This document shows positions 40,192 to 50,649 of a stretch of 64,000 bases of DNA, piece after piece. Made by a program: the position numbers and the translations under genes. The stretch covers positions 715,156 through 779,155 of the forward strand of contig NZ_KB235903.1 in NCBI RefSeq assembly GCF_000332155.1, in the 5' to 3' direction. Below the pieces are notes generated by a model, which worked only from the letters and a program-made list of their open reading frames with translations, was not told where the DNA came from and did not search any database. The DNA is from Kamptonema formosum PCC 6407 (lineage in GTDB: Bacteria; Cyanobacteriota; Cyanobacteriia; Cyanobacteriales; Microcoleaceae). Every line of letters starts with the position of its first letter. Within the stretch, counting starts at the first letter, position 1.

Positions 40192-40819
40192 GATTACCGC
40201 GACCATCTGGATTTCCATTAGAAATCCACCCTTTCAGCGGGGATTCAATTTCAATCCAGTTAAGATTTTCCACTGTTCTAATGATTACTGGAACGTCTGT
40301 AGGTTTGACTATTTCTCCATTCCTGACTCGCCCTACTAGACGAGACTTAGTGGTAGCATCTGAATGAATTGCTAAACCATCTTGCGCTGAGGAATTGACA
40401 CGGTAACAGGGGTTTTCAGCCAGAGATATTTTCATGGCTATGGCGGTGACAGTAGCTTTAAAACTGCCATTAATCCAACAGCCGTATTCTATCTCTCCTG
40501 AACCTATGGTATTAACATCGCGGCTGACTCTATACCAATAAGTCTCTAATTGTCTTTTCTCTGTATGGGGAGTATCAACCTCTCCAAAGCACTGATTTTG
40601 CAGTTCCATTCCTAACCCTAAATCCATATTAGATAGCCCAAACTCTAATCCTGCATCTTTGAGGTTTTCCCAAGGTTGCCACAAACTCCAACCTCGTTGA
40701 GAGATATTAGTAGGGCCATTTGGATTGTCTGGATTCGCTTTAACAGGTAAGGAGGAAATTATTAAGGTGGCGATAGCTGAAATCGCTAGAGTTGAGGGAA
40801 ATAAATTGGGTAATTTCAT
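40172..40819 (-). CDS. Secreted protein with C-terminal bacterial SH3-like domain
   Basis: Signal peptide MKLPNLFPSTLAISAIATLIISSLPVKA. C-terminal region is SH3b-like. Its 3' end overlaps the cas6-like 3' end by 20 bp (convergent). Confidence 0.5.
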   Translation of the reverse strand: MKLPNLFPSTLAISAIATLIISSLPVKANPDNPNGPTNISQRGWSLWQPWENLKDAGLEFGLSNMDLGLGMELQNQCFGEVDTPHTEKRQLETYWYRVSRDVNTIGSGEIEYGCWINGSFKATVTAIAMKISLAENPCYRVNSSAQDGLAIHSDATTKSRLVGRVRNGEIVKPTDVPVIIRTVENLNWIEIESPLKGWISNGNPDGRGNLTFCNR

Positions 40820-40901
40820 GGTAATTATCTTGTCTAATCCCGTTAGACCTCAAAGGTTAACGGGATGAAAAAATTAGTAGATTGTAAGATTGAGCAATTA
40901 G

Positions 40902-41762
40902 TTAGTTAGTTGAGGATGATTGTATCTGTTGTACCTGTAACCAAGCGGCTAAATCTGCTACATTAGAGAAGTCAAGCAGCGCTTCTCCCAAGTTTTCTAA
41001 TTGAGGGATTGCTAATCTTTGAATCTGTTCGCTTAGTTGTGGTTCTAACTCCCCAAAACGCCGTGAAATCTGGCGTTGTAGAATTGCTACTTCTCCTCGC
41101 TGCATACCTTGTTGTACACCTTGTTGTACACCTTGTTGCAGAATATCTTGATAGGTGACTGATTCTCTCATAATATCCTCTCTGAATAATTGACGAATCA
41201 ATTTTTTCTCAAACCGTAGACCAGCTAGGACGAAAACACAAGCTGAGATGTTATTCCGTTGCTCTGTTTCTTCAATGATAGCAACTTGCTGAGCAACTTG
41301 CTCTAATAAAGTATTAGGGTTGTCGCTTTGAGCTAAAGCAGCCAGGGGTAAAAGTTCTGGTGTAACTAAAAGTGGAGCGGGATTTTGTTCCCACATCCGA
41401 ATAATTCGATAGCGGTGTGTCGTATAATTATCTTGATATTGATTCTGCAATACTAATTCTGAATTAGTACGTTTGAGGAAAATAACTACCTGTTCAATAG
41501 GTAAGCGATATTTCCTTGTTAATATAGCTTTATATTCAAGCATCCGCAAGGGAATTGGCGGATTTGAATAGGGTACTGTTTGAAATTCTAGATGCAGAAT
41601 TTGGTTATCAGTTTGTAGCAAAACAAGAGCATCTGCCTCAATCGGTTCGGGTATAATTTCGGTTTTAAGTACCCGGATATTTTCCGGTTCTGTATTTAGT
41701 AGCCAGCGGACAAATGAGGCTGGAGATTTTTCGGCGAGATATTTACAAGTGTTGTCGTACAT
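40902..41762 (-). CDS. Rpn-family recombination-promoting nuclease/putative transposase (PD-(D/E)XK + DUF4351)
   Basis: N-terminal YDNTCKYLAEK...; C-terminal ILQRQISRRFGELEPQLSEQIQRLAIPQLENLGEALLDF (DUF4351); QQGVQQGVQQGMQRG repeat. Confidence 0.7.
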   Translation of the reverse strand: MYDNTCKYLAEKSPASFVRWLLNTEPENIRVLKTEIIPEPIEADALVLLQTDNQILHLEFQTVPYSNPPIPLRMLEYKAILTRKYRLPIEQVVIFLKRTNSELVLQNQYQDNYTTHRYRIIRMWEQNPAPLLVTPELLPLAALAQSDNPNTLLEQVAQQVAIIEETEQRNNISACVFVLAGLRFEKKLIRQLFREDIMRESVTYQDILQQGVQQGVQQGMQRGEVAILQRQISRRFGELEPQLSEQIQRLAIPQLENLGEALLDFSNVADLAAWLQVQQIQSSSTN

Positions 41763-41861
41763 GACTCTACAATCGATTTTTACACAACTCAATTCCAAAG
41801 ATTAGGTTAGTTGTTATCTCTACTGATAACTCCGCTGGCTTTTTGATACTAGAGCAACTTT

Positions 41862-42188
41862 TTACTCTTCTTTTGGCTTAATTTCGCTGACAATTTCATA
41901 AATATCAGTATCAGGAACTTTAGCAAATAAATGATTCATCTGCTTCAATATTTCCTGGTAAGCTTCGCTTTGATTAGATGCCATATCTTCTACGCTATCC
42001 CAGAAAATTATGGCAAGTCCTTTGTCTGTCTCCGGCAATTGTAGTAGGTATGCTCCCTTAAAACCATGAGCATAGGTTGATACAGCCTTTTGATAAAGTT
42101 GCTTGGCTTCTTCAAACTTACCGGGTTTAAATTCTCCGATGGCGACGTAGGCAAATTGATGCCGCAGAAAATCTAGAAATTCTGACAT
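41862..42188 (-). CDS. Hypothetical small protein (possible ABM/Dabb-like fold)
   Basis: 108 aa from the ATG. No secure motif. Confidence 0.35.
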   Translation of the reverse strand: MSEFLDFLRHQFAYVAIGEFKPGKFEEAKQLYQKAVSTYAHGFKGAYLLQLPETDKGLAIIFWDSVEDMASNQSEAYQEILKQMNHLFAKVPDTDIYEIVSEIKPKEE

Positions 42189-42536
42189 TAGTTTTACTTT
42201 GGGTAAAGGTTGATACACAAAATAGAATTTTACCCTATAACTGTAATTTTAGTAAATGCGGCTGTAAGTATTTATTTAAAAAGAAAAATTATATTGTGAG
42301 ATGGGCAAGACTCCTGTCTGTCCTGATTTAGAGGTCGGTGGGAGGCTAATTTGTCTATACTGGATCGAGATTGAACAAAGTATGCTAGTATTAGCGCCAA
42401 CTGTTGAAGCATTAAGGCTAGACAATAGCATAAGTCAGGAATTAGGATTCATAATTGATATATTATCCTGAATAGCTCAGGATTCAGAATTAAAACTCTA
42501 ACTCCTAAATTATTTTTGAAACTACCAATAATCAAT

Positions 42537-43673
42537 ATGGCCTTAGTTAAAATTGTAATTGTTGAAGATGAAAGAATAATTGCTCTTGACCTTAAGAGCA
42601 GTTTAAATAAATTCGGGTATGAAGTCTGTGGAATATTTTCTTCGGGAGAAAAGGCCCTAGAAAAAATTGGCGAACTCCAACCGGATTTAGTTTTAATGGA
42701 TATTCTTTTGAAAGGTAAGATGGATGGCGTGCAAACGGCTGAAAAAATTAGCAGCAAATTTCAGATCCCTATAGTATTTTTAACCGCTCACACCGATGAA
42801 ACTAATTTGCAGAGAGCGAAAGAAACTTATCTTTTTGGATATATTGTCAAACCTTTTGAGGAAAGAGATTTGTACACAACTGTCGAGATTGCTCTTTATC
42901 GGGCGAAAGCGGAATCTGAAATTCGGAAAGCCTTAGAAAAAGAAAAGGAACTAAACGAACTAAAATCCCGATTTGTTTCGATGGTTTCCCATGAATTTCG
43001 CACGCCGTTAGCAACGATATTATTTTCGGCTGGTTTGCTGGAAAATTATGGTCAAAAATGGTCAGAAGATAAAAAAATTACTCATTTACAACGCATTCAA
43101 ACAGCAGTCAAGCAGATGACAGTACTTTTAGAAGATATCTTAATTATCGGCAAATCAGAAGCGGTGAAACAGGAATTTAAACCCGTTACTATAGATTTAA
43201 AAAAATTCTGTATTGAAATTATAGAAGAATTGCAACTGGTGGCGAATGAACATGAGATTATATTTGAGTGTAGTGCCGAGAACACTGAGGTAGAAATGGA
43301 TGAAAAGCTGCTAAGGCAGATTCTCTGTAATTTACTGTCAAATGCTATCAAATATTCCGATCGAGGGAGCCGGATTCATTTCGATCTGACTTTTAGGGAG
43401 GCTGAATTTACAACTAATGATTTAGAATTAAATCCTCCTGCAAAAGTTGCTATTTTCCGCATTCAAGACGAGGGAATTGGGATTCCCCTAGAAGATAGAC
43501 CGCGAATGTTTGAGACATTTTACCGTGCTAAAAATGTGGGTACAATATCAGGGACAGGATTAGGTTTAGCGATTGTTAAAAGGTCTGTAGAGTTGCACGG
43601 AGGTCAAATAGAAGTAGGCAGCGAAGTAGGAGTAGGAACAGTTGTAGCAGTTACTTTACCTGTACCAAAATAG
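42537..43673 (+). CDS. Hybrid response-regulator receiver / histidine kinase
   Basis: Receiver (KIVIVEDE...DLVLMDI), HisKA (MVSHEFRTPLATI), HATPase_c (GTGLGLAIVK). Confidence 0.8.
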   Translation: MALVKIVIVEDERIIALDLKSSLNKFGYEVCGIFSSGEKALEKIGELQPDLVLMDILLKGKMDGVQTAEKISSKFQIPIVFLTAHTDETNLQRAKETYLFGYIVKPFEERDLYTTVEIALYRAKAESEIRKALEKEKELNELKSRFVSMVSHEFRTPLATILFSAGLLENYGQKWSEDKKITHLQRIQTAVKQMTVLLEDILIIGKSEAVKQEFKPVTIDLKKFCIEIIEELQLVANEHEIIFECSAENTEVEMDEKLLRQILCNLLSNAIKYSDRGSRIHFDLTFREAEFTTNDLELNPPAKVAIFRIQDEGIGIPLEDRPRMFETFYRAKNVGTISGTGLGLAIVKRSVELHGGQIEVGSEVGVGTVVAVTLPVPK

Positions 43674-43965
43674 AGGTGAGTGGGAGTTGGGGTTGAAAAC
43701 AGGAGATTACTGTTTATACATCTGTAACTGAAAAACTGGAGCGGCGATCGGTTCTTGACATTGCTATAGCCTTAAGATATACTTTTAACTAAGTATAGGG
43801 ATGGCTGGTTATGAAGATTATAAATTTAAAATTAAAATTAAAGATGGTGGCAACTCGCCCTGACACTAGCTGATATTATATAAACACAAATTAATTGCAT
43901 ATTATTGCCTGTTAGCAATTGTTAATTGTTAACGAGCAATCACAGTTAACGGTTAAAGTTAACAA

Positions 43966-46900
43966 ATGGGGGATGTTATGGATAGGGTAGAAATGTACAG
44001 GACAATTGAAACATTGCAGCAGCGAGTAAAGTTCTTAGAAGCAGAAATTACTCAACTGCTTGACAGTAGGAAGAGGGAACTGGAACAGCAGGTACTAGAA
44101 CGGACGGTATGGCAACAGCAGGTGAAGCGAGAACGGCTTTTAGCGAGTACGGCCTGGGGGATTCGCCAGTCCTTGAATCTAGAGGAAATTTTGAGCGGGG
44201 TAGTCAAGGAAGTACGCAATTTGTTGCAGTGCGATCGCGTGGTTGTTTACCAGTTTGGCTCCAGAATGGACGGTACGATCGTTGCAGAATCCGTCGCTCC
44301 CGGTTGGTCTAAAACTCTGGGCAATTATATTCCCGACACCTATTTGCAGGAAAATCAGGCTTTAAAGTACCGCTGGGGACACAAGCAAGCGATCGCAGAC
44401 ATTTCTCAAGCTGGGTTCAAAGATTGTCATCGGGAATTATTAGAACGCTTGCAGATTCGCGCTCAACTCAGCGTTCCCATCTCGATCGAGCGACATTTCC
44501 CACTCGCGAGTCAGGAAACTCAAAACTCTACCCCACTGCTGTGGGGTTTGCTATTTGCCAATCAATGTTCTGCGCCGCGTCTGTGGCGAGAGTCAGAATT
44601 AGAATTGCTAGACGAACTAGGAGTACAAATCGCGATCGCCATTCAGCAGAATTGCTTGTTTGGTGAGTTGCACGCTGAACTCACAAAACGCCAACAATTA
44701 GAAATTGCCCTTACTGAAAGCGAAGAAAGATTTCGCTCCATTGCTAACAGTCTCCCTGTCTTATTATGGATGTCCGATCCCACCGGGGAACGCAATTTTT
44801 TCAATCAAACTTGGTTAAACTTCACGGGGCGCACTCTTGAACAAGAAATTAATCACAGTTGGATGCGAGGGTTGCACCCAGAAGATTGCCAGAAATCTGT
44901 AGAAACTTACCTTTGTGCTTTCCACCAACGGCAAAGTTTCCAAATAGAATACCGCTTCCGACGCGCTGACGGCAAATATCGCTGGCTGTTGGATAAAGGA
45001 GCCCCCAGATTCTCCTCAGATGGCAGTTTTGCCGACTATATTGGCTCCTGTATTGACATCACCGATCGCAAATGGGCGGAGGATGGGCTATACCAAAGCG
45101 AACGCCTCTATGCAACGCTAACAGAAGTCTCGCCTGTAGGCTTCTTCCGCACGGATGTTGAGGGGAAAAATTTATATAGCAACGAGCGCAGTTGCGAAAT
45201 CACTGGCCTCGAACCAGGAGAAAGCGTAGGATATGGTTGGACAAAGAACCTGCATCCAGACGATCGCGATCGCGTTTTAGCTGAATGGCATCAAGCCATT
45301 CAAACAGAGGAAATATTTAGCTCCGAATATCGGTTTCTACGCCCGGACGATACTGTAAAATGGGTATTTGGTCAAGCCGTAGCTGAGAGGGAAGACAACG
45401 GCACAGTAGTCAGTTATATTGGCACTATTACCGACATTAGCGATCGCAAACAAGCTGAAGCCAAGTTGCAAACAGCCTACCAACAATTAACTTTTCACGT
45501 CGAAAACTCCCCTTTAGCCGTCATCGAATGGGACAAACATTTTCGAGTAAAACGCTGGTCAAAGCAAGCAGAAAAAATCTTCGGTTGGCAAGAAGAAGAA
45601 GTTTTGGGGCTTCACCCTAACGAGTGGTCAATTGTATTTGTCGATGAGATCGAGAGCGTGAATGAAGTATTAAGCCGCTTGCTGACTGGGATGGAGTCTC
45701 GAAATACTAGCTACAACCGCAATTATACCAAAGAAGGTGCAGTGATCTACTGCGAATGGTACAATTCCGTACTCTTTGACAGCGCCGAAAATCTGATATC
45801 TATCCAGTCATTAGTTCAAGATGTAAGCGATCGTAAAGGTGCAGAAACAGCCCTACAACATTTAGCCGGAGAGTTAGAAATTAGAGTTCAGGAACGAACG
45901 CAGGAATTAGCTACCACCGTGAAACTTTTACAGCAAGAAATTGCCGAGCGCGAGCAAGCCCAAAAAGAATTACTTGTGGTTAAAGAGCGCTTACAATATT
46001 TGCTATCCGCTAGCCCGACAGTGATTTATAGTTGCAAGGCAGAAGGCAATTACGCCACAACTTTTATCAGTGACAACATTGCCGTTTTGTTAGGATACAA
46101 ACCCACAGATTTTATAGAAGAATCTAGTTTCTGGATTAATGGCATTCACCCCGAAGACGTACCGCGTATTTTCAATGAAATGATGTCCAATTTTGGCGGC
46201 AGTAAGCACATCCTTGAATACCGCTTTTTAGACGCATTCGGAAATTATGTTTGGTTACAAAATGATTTAACACTGGTACGAGACTCAGCGGGAAATCCCT
46301 TAGAAATAGTTGGTTCAATGATCGATATTACTGCTAAAAAACTAGCAGAATCAGCACTTTTAGCAGCTAAGGAACAATTACAAGCCGTGATCGATGCCGT
46401 CCCTGGATTTGTGTCTTGGATTGGTGCAGATTTGCGGTTTCTGGGGGTGAATCGGCAATTAGCACTGATGTTTAATCTGTCTCCCGATACGTTTGTTGGC
46501 AAGGAAGTCGGATCGATCGATTGTAATTTTAACTGTACAGATTTTATTAGTGATTTTTTTACTGCTTCTGACACCTCAACCAGTCAAGAAATCACCCTCG
46601 CACTTGCCAGCGATCGGTTATTACCTCAGAGCCGTACTTATTTAGTAGTTGCTCAGAAATATAACCAGGAACAAGCTGCGATCTTTGTAGGAATTGACAT
46701 CACCGAACGCAAACAAGGCGAGGAGCAAATCAAAGCTTCACTTAAGGAAAAAGAAGTATTGCTCAAAGAAATTCATCACCGCGTAAAAAACAATCTACAA
46801 ATCATTTCTAGCTTGCTCAAACTTCAGTCTAAATATATCAAAGATCCAGAATCAATGGTACTCTTTCTGGATAGCTACAACCGGATCAGATCGATGGCTT

Positions 46901-47364
46901 TGATTCATGAAAATTTGTACAGAACCACAGACTTAGCTAGAATTGATACTGCTGAATACATCCGCAAATTGGTATCGAACTTGTCTAGCTCTTATGGCTG
47001 TTCGTCAAGACTAATAGAAGTCAAACTAGAAATTGAAAGCATTTGTTTAGATATTGATACCGCAATTCCTTGTGGTTTAATTATCAACGAACTGGTTTCA
47101 AATGCTTTTAAATATGCTTTCCCACAGGGTCAGAAGGGAAAAATATTAGTGAGTTTTAAATTAGAAAATAACACTAACTTTGTTTTAAGAGTCAGCGATA
47201 GCGGCGTTGGCTTCCCTGAAAATTTTGACTGGGAGCAAACCGAATCTCTCGGATTGCAGCTAGTTGTGAATTTAACCGAACAATTAGGCGGTAATATAGA
47301 ATTAGATCGAAGTCGCGGTACAGACTTTCAGGTATACTTTGCCAAGAATACCCGTACTAAATGA
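43966..47364 (+). CDS. Multi-sensor (GAF + multiple PAS) signal-transduction histidine kinase, HisKA_2/HWE-type
   Basis: GAF domain near the N-terminus. Repeated PAS blocks (e.g. YRFRRADGKYRWL, YRFLRPDDTVKWV). C-terminal EIHHRVKNNLQIISSLLKLQ H-box and GHKL ATPase. Confidence 0.8.
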   Translation: MGDVMDRVEMYRTIETLQQRVKFLEAEITQLLDSRKRELEQQVLERTVWQQQVKRERLLASTAWGIRQSLNLEEILSGVVKEVRNLLQCDRVVVYQFGSRMDGTIVAESVAPGWSKTLGNYIPDTYLQENQALKYRWGHKQAIADISQAGFKDCHRELLERLQIRAQLSVPISIERHFPLASQETQNSTPLLWGLLFANQCSAPRLWRESELELLDELGVQIAIAIQQNCLFGELHAELTKRQQLEIALTESEERFRSIANSLPVLLWMSDPTGERNFFNQTWLNFTGRTLEQEINHSWMRGLHPEDCQKSVETYLCAFHQRQSFQIEYRFRRADGKYRWLLDKGAPRFSSDGSFADYIGSCIDITDRKWAEDGLYQSERLYATLTEVSPVGFFRTDVEGKNLYSNERSCEITGLEPGESVGYGWTKNLHPDDRDRVLAEWHQAIQTEEIFSSEYRFLRPDDTVKWVFGQAVAEREDNGTVVSYIGTITDISDRKQAEAKLQTAYQQLTFHVENSPLAVIEWDKHFRVKRWSKQAEKIFGWQEEEVLGLHPNEWSIVFVDEIESVNEVLSRLLTGMESRNTSYNRNYTKEGAVIYCEWYNSVLFDSAENLISIQSLVQDVSDRKGAETALQHLAGELEIRVQERTQELATTVKLLQQEIAEREQAQKELLVVKERLQYLLSASPTVIYSCKAEGNYATTFISDNIAVLLGYKPTDFIEESSFWINGIHPEDVPRIFNEMMSNFGGSKHILEYRFLDAFGNYVWLQNDLTLVRDSAGNPLEIVGSMIDITAKKLAESALLAAKEQLQAVIDAVPGFVSWIGADLRFLGVNRQLALMFNLSPDTFVGKEVGSIDCNFNCTDFISDFFTASDTSTSQEITLALASDRLLPQSRTYLVVAQKYNQEQAAIFVGIDITERKQGEEQIKASLKEKEVLLKEIHHRVKNNLQIISSLLKLQSKYIKDPESMVLFLDSYNRIRSMALIHENLYRTTDLARIDTAEYIRKLVSNLSSSYGCSSRLIEVKLEIESICLDIDTAIPCGLIINELVSNAFKYAFPQGQKGKILVSFKLENNTNFVLRVSDSGVGFPENFDWEQTESLGLQLVVNLTEQLGGNIELDRSRGTDFQVYFAKNTRTK

Positions 47365-47397
47365 GCCGATATAAATTATCAAGGAGCTAGCAACACA

Positions 47398-48111
47398 GTG
47401 AAAAAAATTTTAGTTGTTGAAGATGAAAAATTGATTAGGCTTAACATTTTAGAGTGTTTGGAGAATGCCAATTTTGTGGCATTTGGTGCAGAAAATGGCA
47501 GCAAAGGTATTCAATTAGCAGGAATATATCAACCAGATTTGATTATTTGTGATATTATGATGCCCGACATTGACGGCTATTCAGTTCTAACAAAAGTACG
47601 CCAAAATATTGTTACTGCTACTACTCCTTTCATTTTTTTATCAGCTAAAAGTGAAAGAGAAGATATGCGTTTGGGTATGGAACTGGGAGCAGATGATTAT
47701 ATTACCAAGCCTTGTACGCCTACAGAACTACTCAGCGCGATCGCAGCCAGATTAGAAAAACATAATGCCTACATTCAACAGTCTGCTAGCGAACGCGATC
47801 GCGCTAAATCTTTACAAAAAAGAGTCCAAGAACTCCAGCAAATCAGTGAAACTAGAGAAGAACTACTAAGAAGACTTTCAGAAGACTTACGAGATCCGAT
47901 GTCTAATATCAATATGGCGGTGGAAATGTTGAAATTAGCCCCTTCTCAGCAAGCTCGCGATCGCTACCTCAAAATTTTGCAGCAAGAGTGCGCTCGCGAA
48001 TTAACAATCCTCAATCAAATCTCCAACTGGCAAGATTTTTTAACTCCCGAAAATATCCGGCTACTGAATAGATTGAATATTTCTAATAATTCTAATCAGC
48101 ATAACCCATGA
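47398..48111 (+). CDS. Response-regulator receiver with HisKA-like C-terminal extension but no ATPase domain
   Basis: Receiver (KILVVEDE..DLIICDIMMPDIDG) plus coiled-coil/H-box-like region. GTG start with AAGGAG RBS. Paralog of the next gene. Confidence 0.7.
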   Translation: MKKILVVEDEKLIRLNILECLENANFVAFGAENGSKGIQLAGIYQPDLIICDIMMPDIDGYSVLTKVRQNIVTATTPFIFLSAKSEREDMRLGMELGADDYITKPCTPTELLSAIAARLEKHNAYIQQSASERDRAKSLQKRVQELQQISETREELLRRLSEDLRDPMSNINMAVEMLKLAPSQQARDRYLKILQQECARELTILNQISNWQDFLTPENIRLLNRLNISNNSNQHNP

Positions 48112-48218
48112 TGAAATCATAGTACATTTAGCAGGAATGCTAGCAAACAAACTATTGTCGATCTTCATAGTTTAAGATTTATAAAAACTATTTAAGCAAA
48201 GAGAGGAGAATAAAAATA

Positions 48219-49307
48219 ATGCCTAAAATCTTGGTAATAGAAGATGAAGAATTAATCAGAGAAAACATTTTAGAACTGCTGGATGCTGAGGAGTTTGAAG
48301 CTCTAGGTGCAGCCAACGGAAAAATTGGTGTAGAGATGGCAGCTCAACAACAACCAGATTTGATTTTGTGCGATGTGATGATGCCAGAACTTGATGGTTA
48401 TAGCGTTTTAGCTGCTTTGCGATCGCATCCACTTACAGCCACCATTCCCTTCATCTTTCTAACAGCAAGAGCTGAAAAAGCTGACACCCGCAAAGGCATG
48501 GAGTTAGGAGCAGATGATTATATTCCCAAACCTTGTACGCCAGCAGAATTGCTAGCTGCGATCGCAACTAGGCTACAAAAGCAAGCCATAATTAACAAAC
48601 ATTCTGAAAAAAGAATGGATGATTTACGTAGAAATATCACTCGTTCTCTGCCTCACGAACTACGAACTCCCCTAAATGGAATTCTGGGTTTTACTGAAGT
48701 TCTTATATCCGAATACGACTACCTAGAACCATCAGAAATTAGGGAAATCATACAACGAATTCACTATTCTGGAAAGCGCTTAGAGCGGCTAATAGTAAAT
48801 TTTTTAATTTATACAGAGCTGGAAATATTAGCAGCTAATCCACAGCGCATCAAGACACTCCGCGACACTCTGGTGAACTCTGCTGAAGCTGTGATTGCAG
48901 AACAAGCTTGCCAACAAGCTAAACAGGCACAAAGAGAAGCTGATTTACAACTAAACCTCCAAGATTTCTCCGTACCAATGGCGGCAATATGGCTAAATAA
49001 AGCAGTAGAAGAACTTACAGGTAATGCTTTTAAATTTTCGCAGCCAGGTACGCCAGTCAGGATATCAACTGTGGTGGAGAATAATATATTTATATTATCA
49101 GCAACTAACAAGGGTCGGGGCATGACCGCCGAGCAGATTGCTCAACTAGGAGGTTATATGCAATTTGAACGTAAAATTTATGAACAGCAAGGTTCTGGTT
49201 TAGGATTGAGTATTGTTAAACATATTGCTGAATTGCATGGTGGAAAATTAAAAATAGAAAGTATTCCCAGTAAAGAAACTACAGTTTTCGTTTTTCTTCC
49301 TTTGTAG
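48219..49307 (+). CDS. Hybrid receiver / histidine kinase (full HisKA + HATPase_c)
   Basis: Receiver, SLPHELRTPLNGI H-box, GSGLGLSIVKHIAELHGG G2 box. Confidence 0.8.
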   Translation: MPKILVIEDEELIRENILELLDAEEFEALGAANGKIGVEMAAQQQPDLILCDVMMPELDGYSVLAALRSHPLTATIPFIFLTARAEKADTRKGMELGADDYIPKPCTPAELLAAIATRLQKQAIINKHSEKRMDDLRRNITRSLPHELRTPLNGILGFTEVLISEYDYLEPSEIREIIQRIHYSGKRLERLIVNFLIYTELEILAANPQRIKTLRDTLVNSAEAVIAEQACQQAKQAQREADLQLNLQDFSVPMAAIWLNKAVEELTGNAFKFSQPGTPVRISTVVENNIFILSATNKGRGMTAEQIAQLGGYMQFERKIYEQQGSGLGLSIVKHIAELHGGKLKIESIPSKETTVFVFLPL

Positions 49308-49387
49308 ATGTAAAGTTGATTGATTATTATACAAATAAAAAGCTACACTCTAAACTGTGCTAAGTAGTCGGATATAATTAAACTCCG

Positions 49388-49451
49388 GGTGGGCGCTCGC
49401 CGCAAAAAACCTGTAACTCATAGAAGAAGATGGTTGCGGCGAGCGCCCACC
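49388..49451. terminator. 16-bp perfect inverted repeat (ggtgggcgctcgccgc ... gcggcgagcgcccacc), bidirectional terminator between convergent genes
   Basis: Read directly. GC-rich stem in an AT-rich context. Confidence 0.6.
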
Positions 49452-50639
49452 TTACAATTTATTGCCAAGGTACTCAACCTTCCAAGATATTTGACGACCT
49501 GAACGACCTGAACGAACAAAACGAAATCCTTCGTATTCAAAGCTGACTGAGTTTTTAGTAATGAACGAAGTAGATACACCAAGCAACTGAGCAATTTGGT
49601 TAGTTGTTAATTCTGATCGTTGAGATGCTGCTTTTTTCAGAGGCTCTAGATGTTCTGGTGGACGATTAACTTCCAGTAAAGTAGATTGAAATTGACTATC
49701 TGAGGAGGATAGGGATTCACAACTGGTACTAGATGAAGCCCGAATTTTAGAGAAGGATTGAGTAAAAGATAAAGCAATTCCAAGATTGGAAACAATCAAA
49801 TAGGCGATAAAACTTGGGGAGGAAAAAGCAACTCGCCCGTATCTTACGATAGGGATCTCGCGATTATTATTGAAACGTCGGTCTGGTTCACCATCACGGC
49901 GAACATATTTCCAAGTTTTCCCAATAACTGTTGCATCACTTGGAAGCGACTCTTGCTCTACATATTCCAAATCTTGCAAGGATACCTGTACTTCATTGTA
50001 AGAAATTGCACTATAAACACCATCTTGAAATACAAAAAAGCGATCGGGAAGTAGATACAGTTTAATGCTTCCTGCATCAACACCCCAAACATCAACGTTA
50101 GTTTTGAGAAGATTGGGATTTTGCTTCCCAATTTTTGCTCGCTGTCGTATGAGTGCTGAGTTAGAGCCAGCATTTCTCTTCCAATCACCGACGGCGACTT
50201 GTGATTTCAATCGCCATGAGCTTTTTGTTGCAGATAGATTGGAAAAAGACGCAATACCGTCATAAAATTTCTTCTCTGAATAGTCATCAGAAAACTCATA
50301 AAAAAGTGGCGTTGTCTTGCGTTTAACATCTGCCTTGTAGACTACATAAGTAACAACTGCTAAAATGATAGATAATGGAACGAAAACAAACAGTAGAATT
50401 AATGTGGCAATTCCACAGTAGATAGAATAGTACGGACTTTTAACTCTTTTGTTAATTTGATCAATAATTTCTGCTGCTGACCTATCTAAAATTACTTCCT
50501 CGTAATCTTCTGAATCTTCATGTGTAGAGCCATAAGCTCTTTCAGGAGCTTGATAAGTCTTCTGTTGATATGTAGTACCTTTTTTACCAACTTTAATTAC
50601 AGTATCTGGAACCTGCTGCTTTTTTTTAGATGAAGTCAT
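49452..50639 (-). CDS. Hypothetical membrane protein (395 aa), AT-rich gene
   Basis: Lys-rich N-terminus, one TM (IYCGIATLILLFVFVPLSIILAVVTYVVY), large C-terminal domain ending in an HTH-like LTTNQIAQLLGVSTSFI. No family recognised. Confidence 0.5.
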   Translation of the reverse strand: MTSSKKKQQVPDTVIKVGKKGTTYQQKTYQAPERAYGSTHEDSEDYEEVILDRSAAEIIDQINKRVKSPYYSIYCGIATLILLFVFVPLSIILAVVTYVVYKADVKRKTTPLFYEFSDDYSEKKFYDGIASFSNLSATKSSWRLKSQVAVGDWKRNAGSNSALIRQRAKIGKQNPNLLKTNVDVWGVDAGSIKLYLLPDRFFVFQDGVYSAISYNEVQVSLQDLEYVEQESLPSDATVIGKTWKYVRRDGEPDRRFNNNREIPIVRYGRVAFSSPSFIAYLIVSNLGIALSFTQSFSKIRASSSTSCESLSSSDSQFQSTLLEVNRPPEHLEPLKKAASQRSELTTNQIAQLLGVSTSFITKNSVSFEYEGFRFVRSGRSGRQISWKVEYLGNKL

Positions 50640-50649
50640 TGTAATATAG

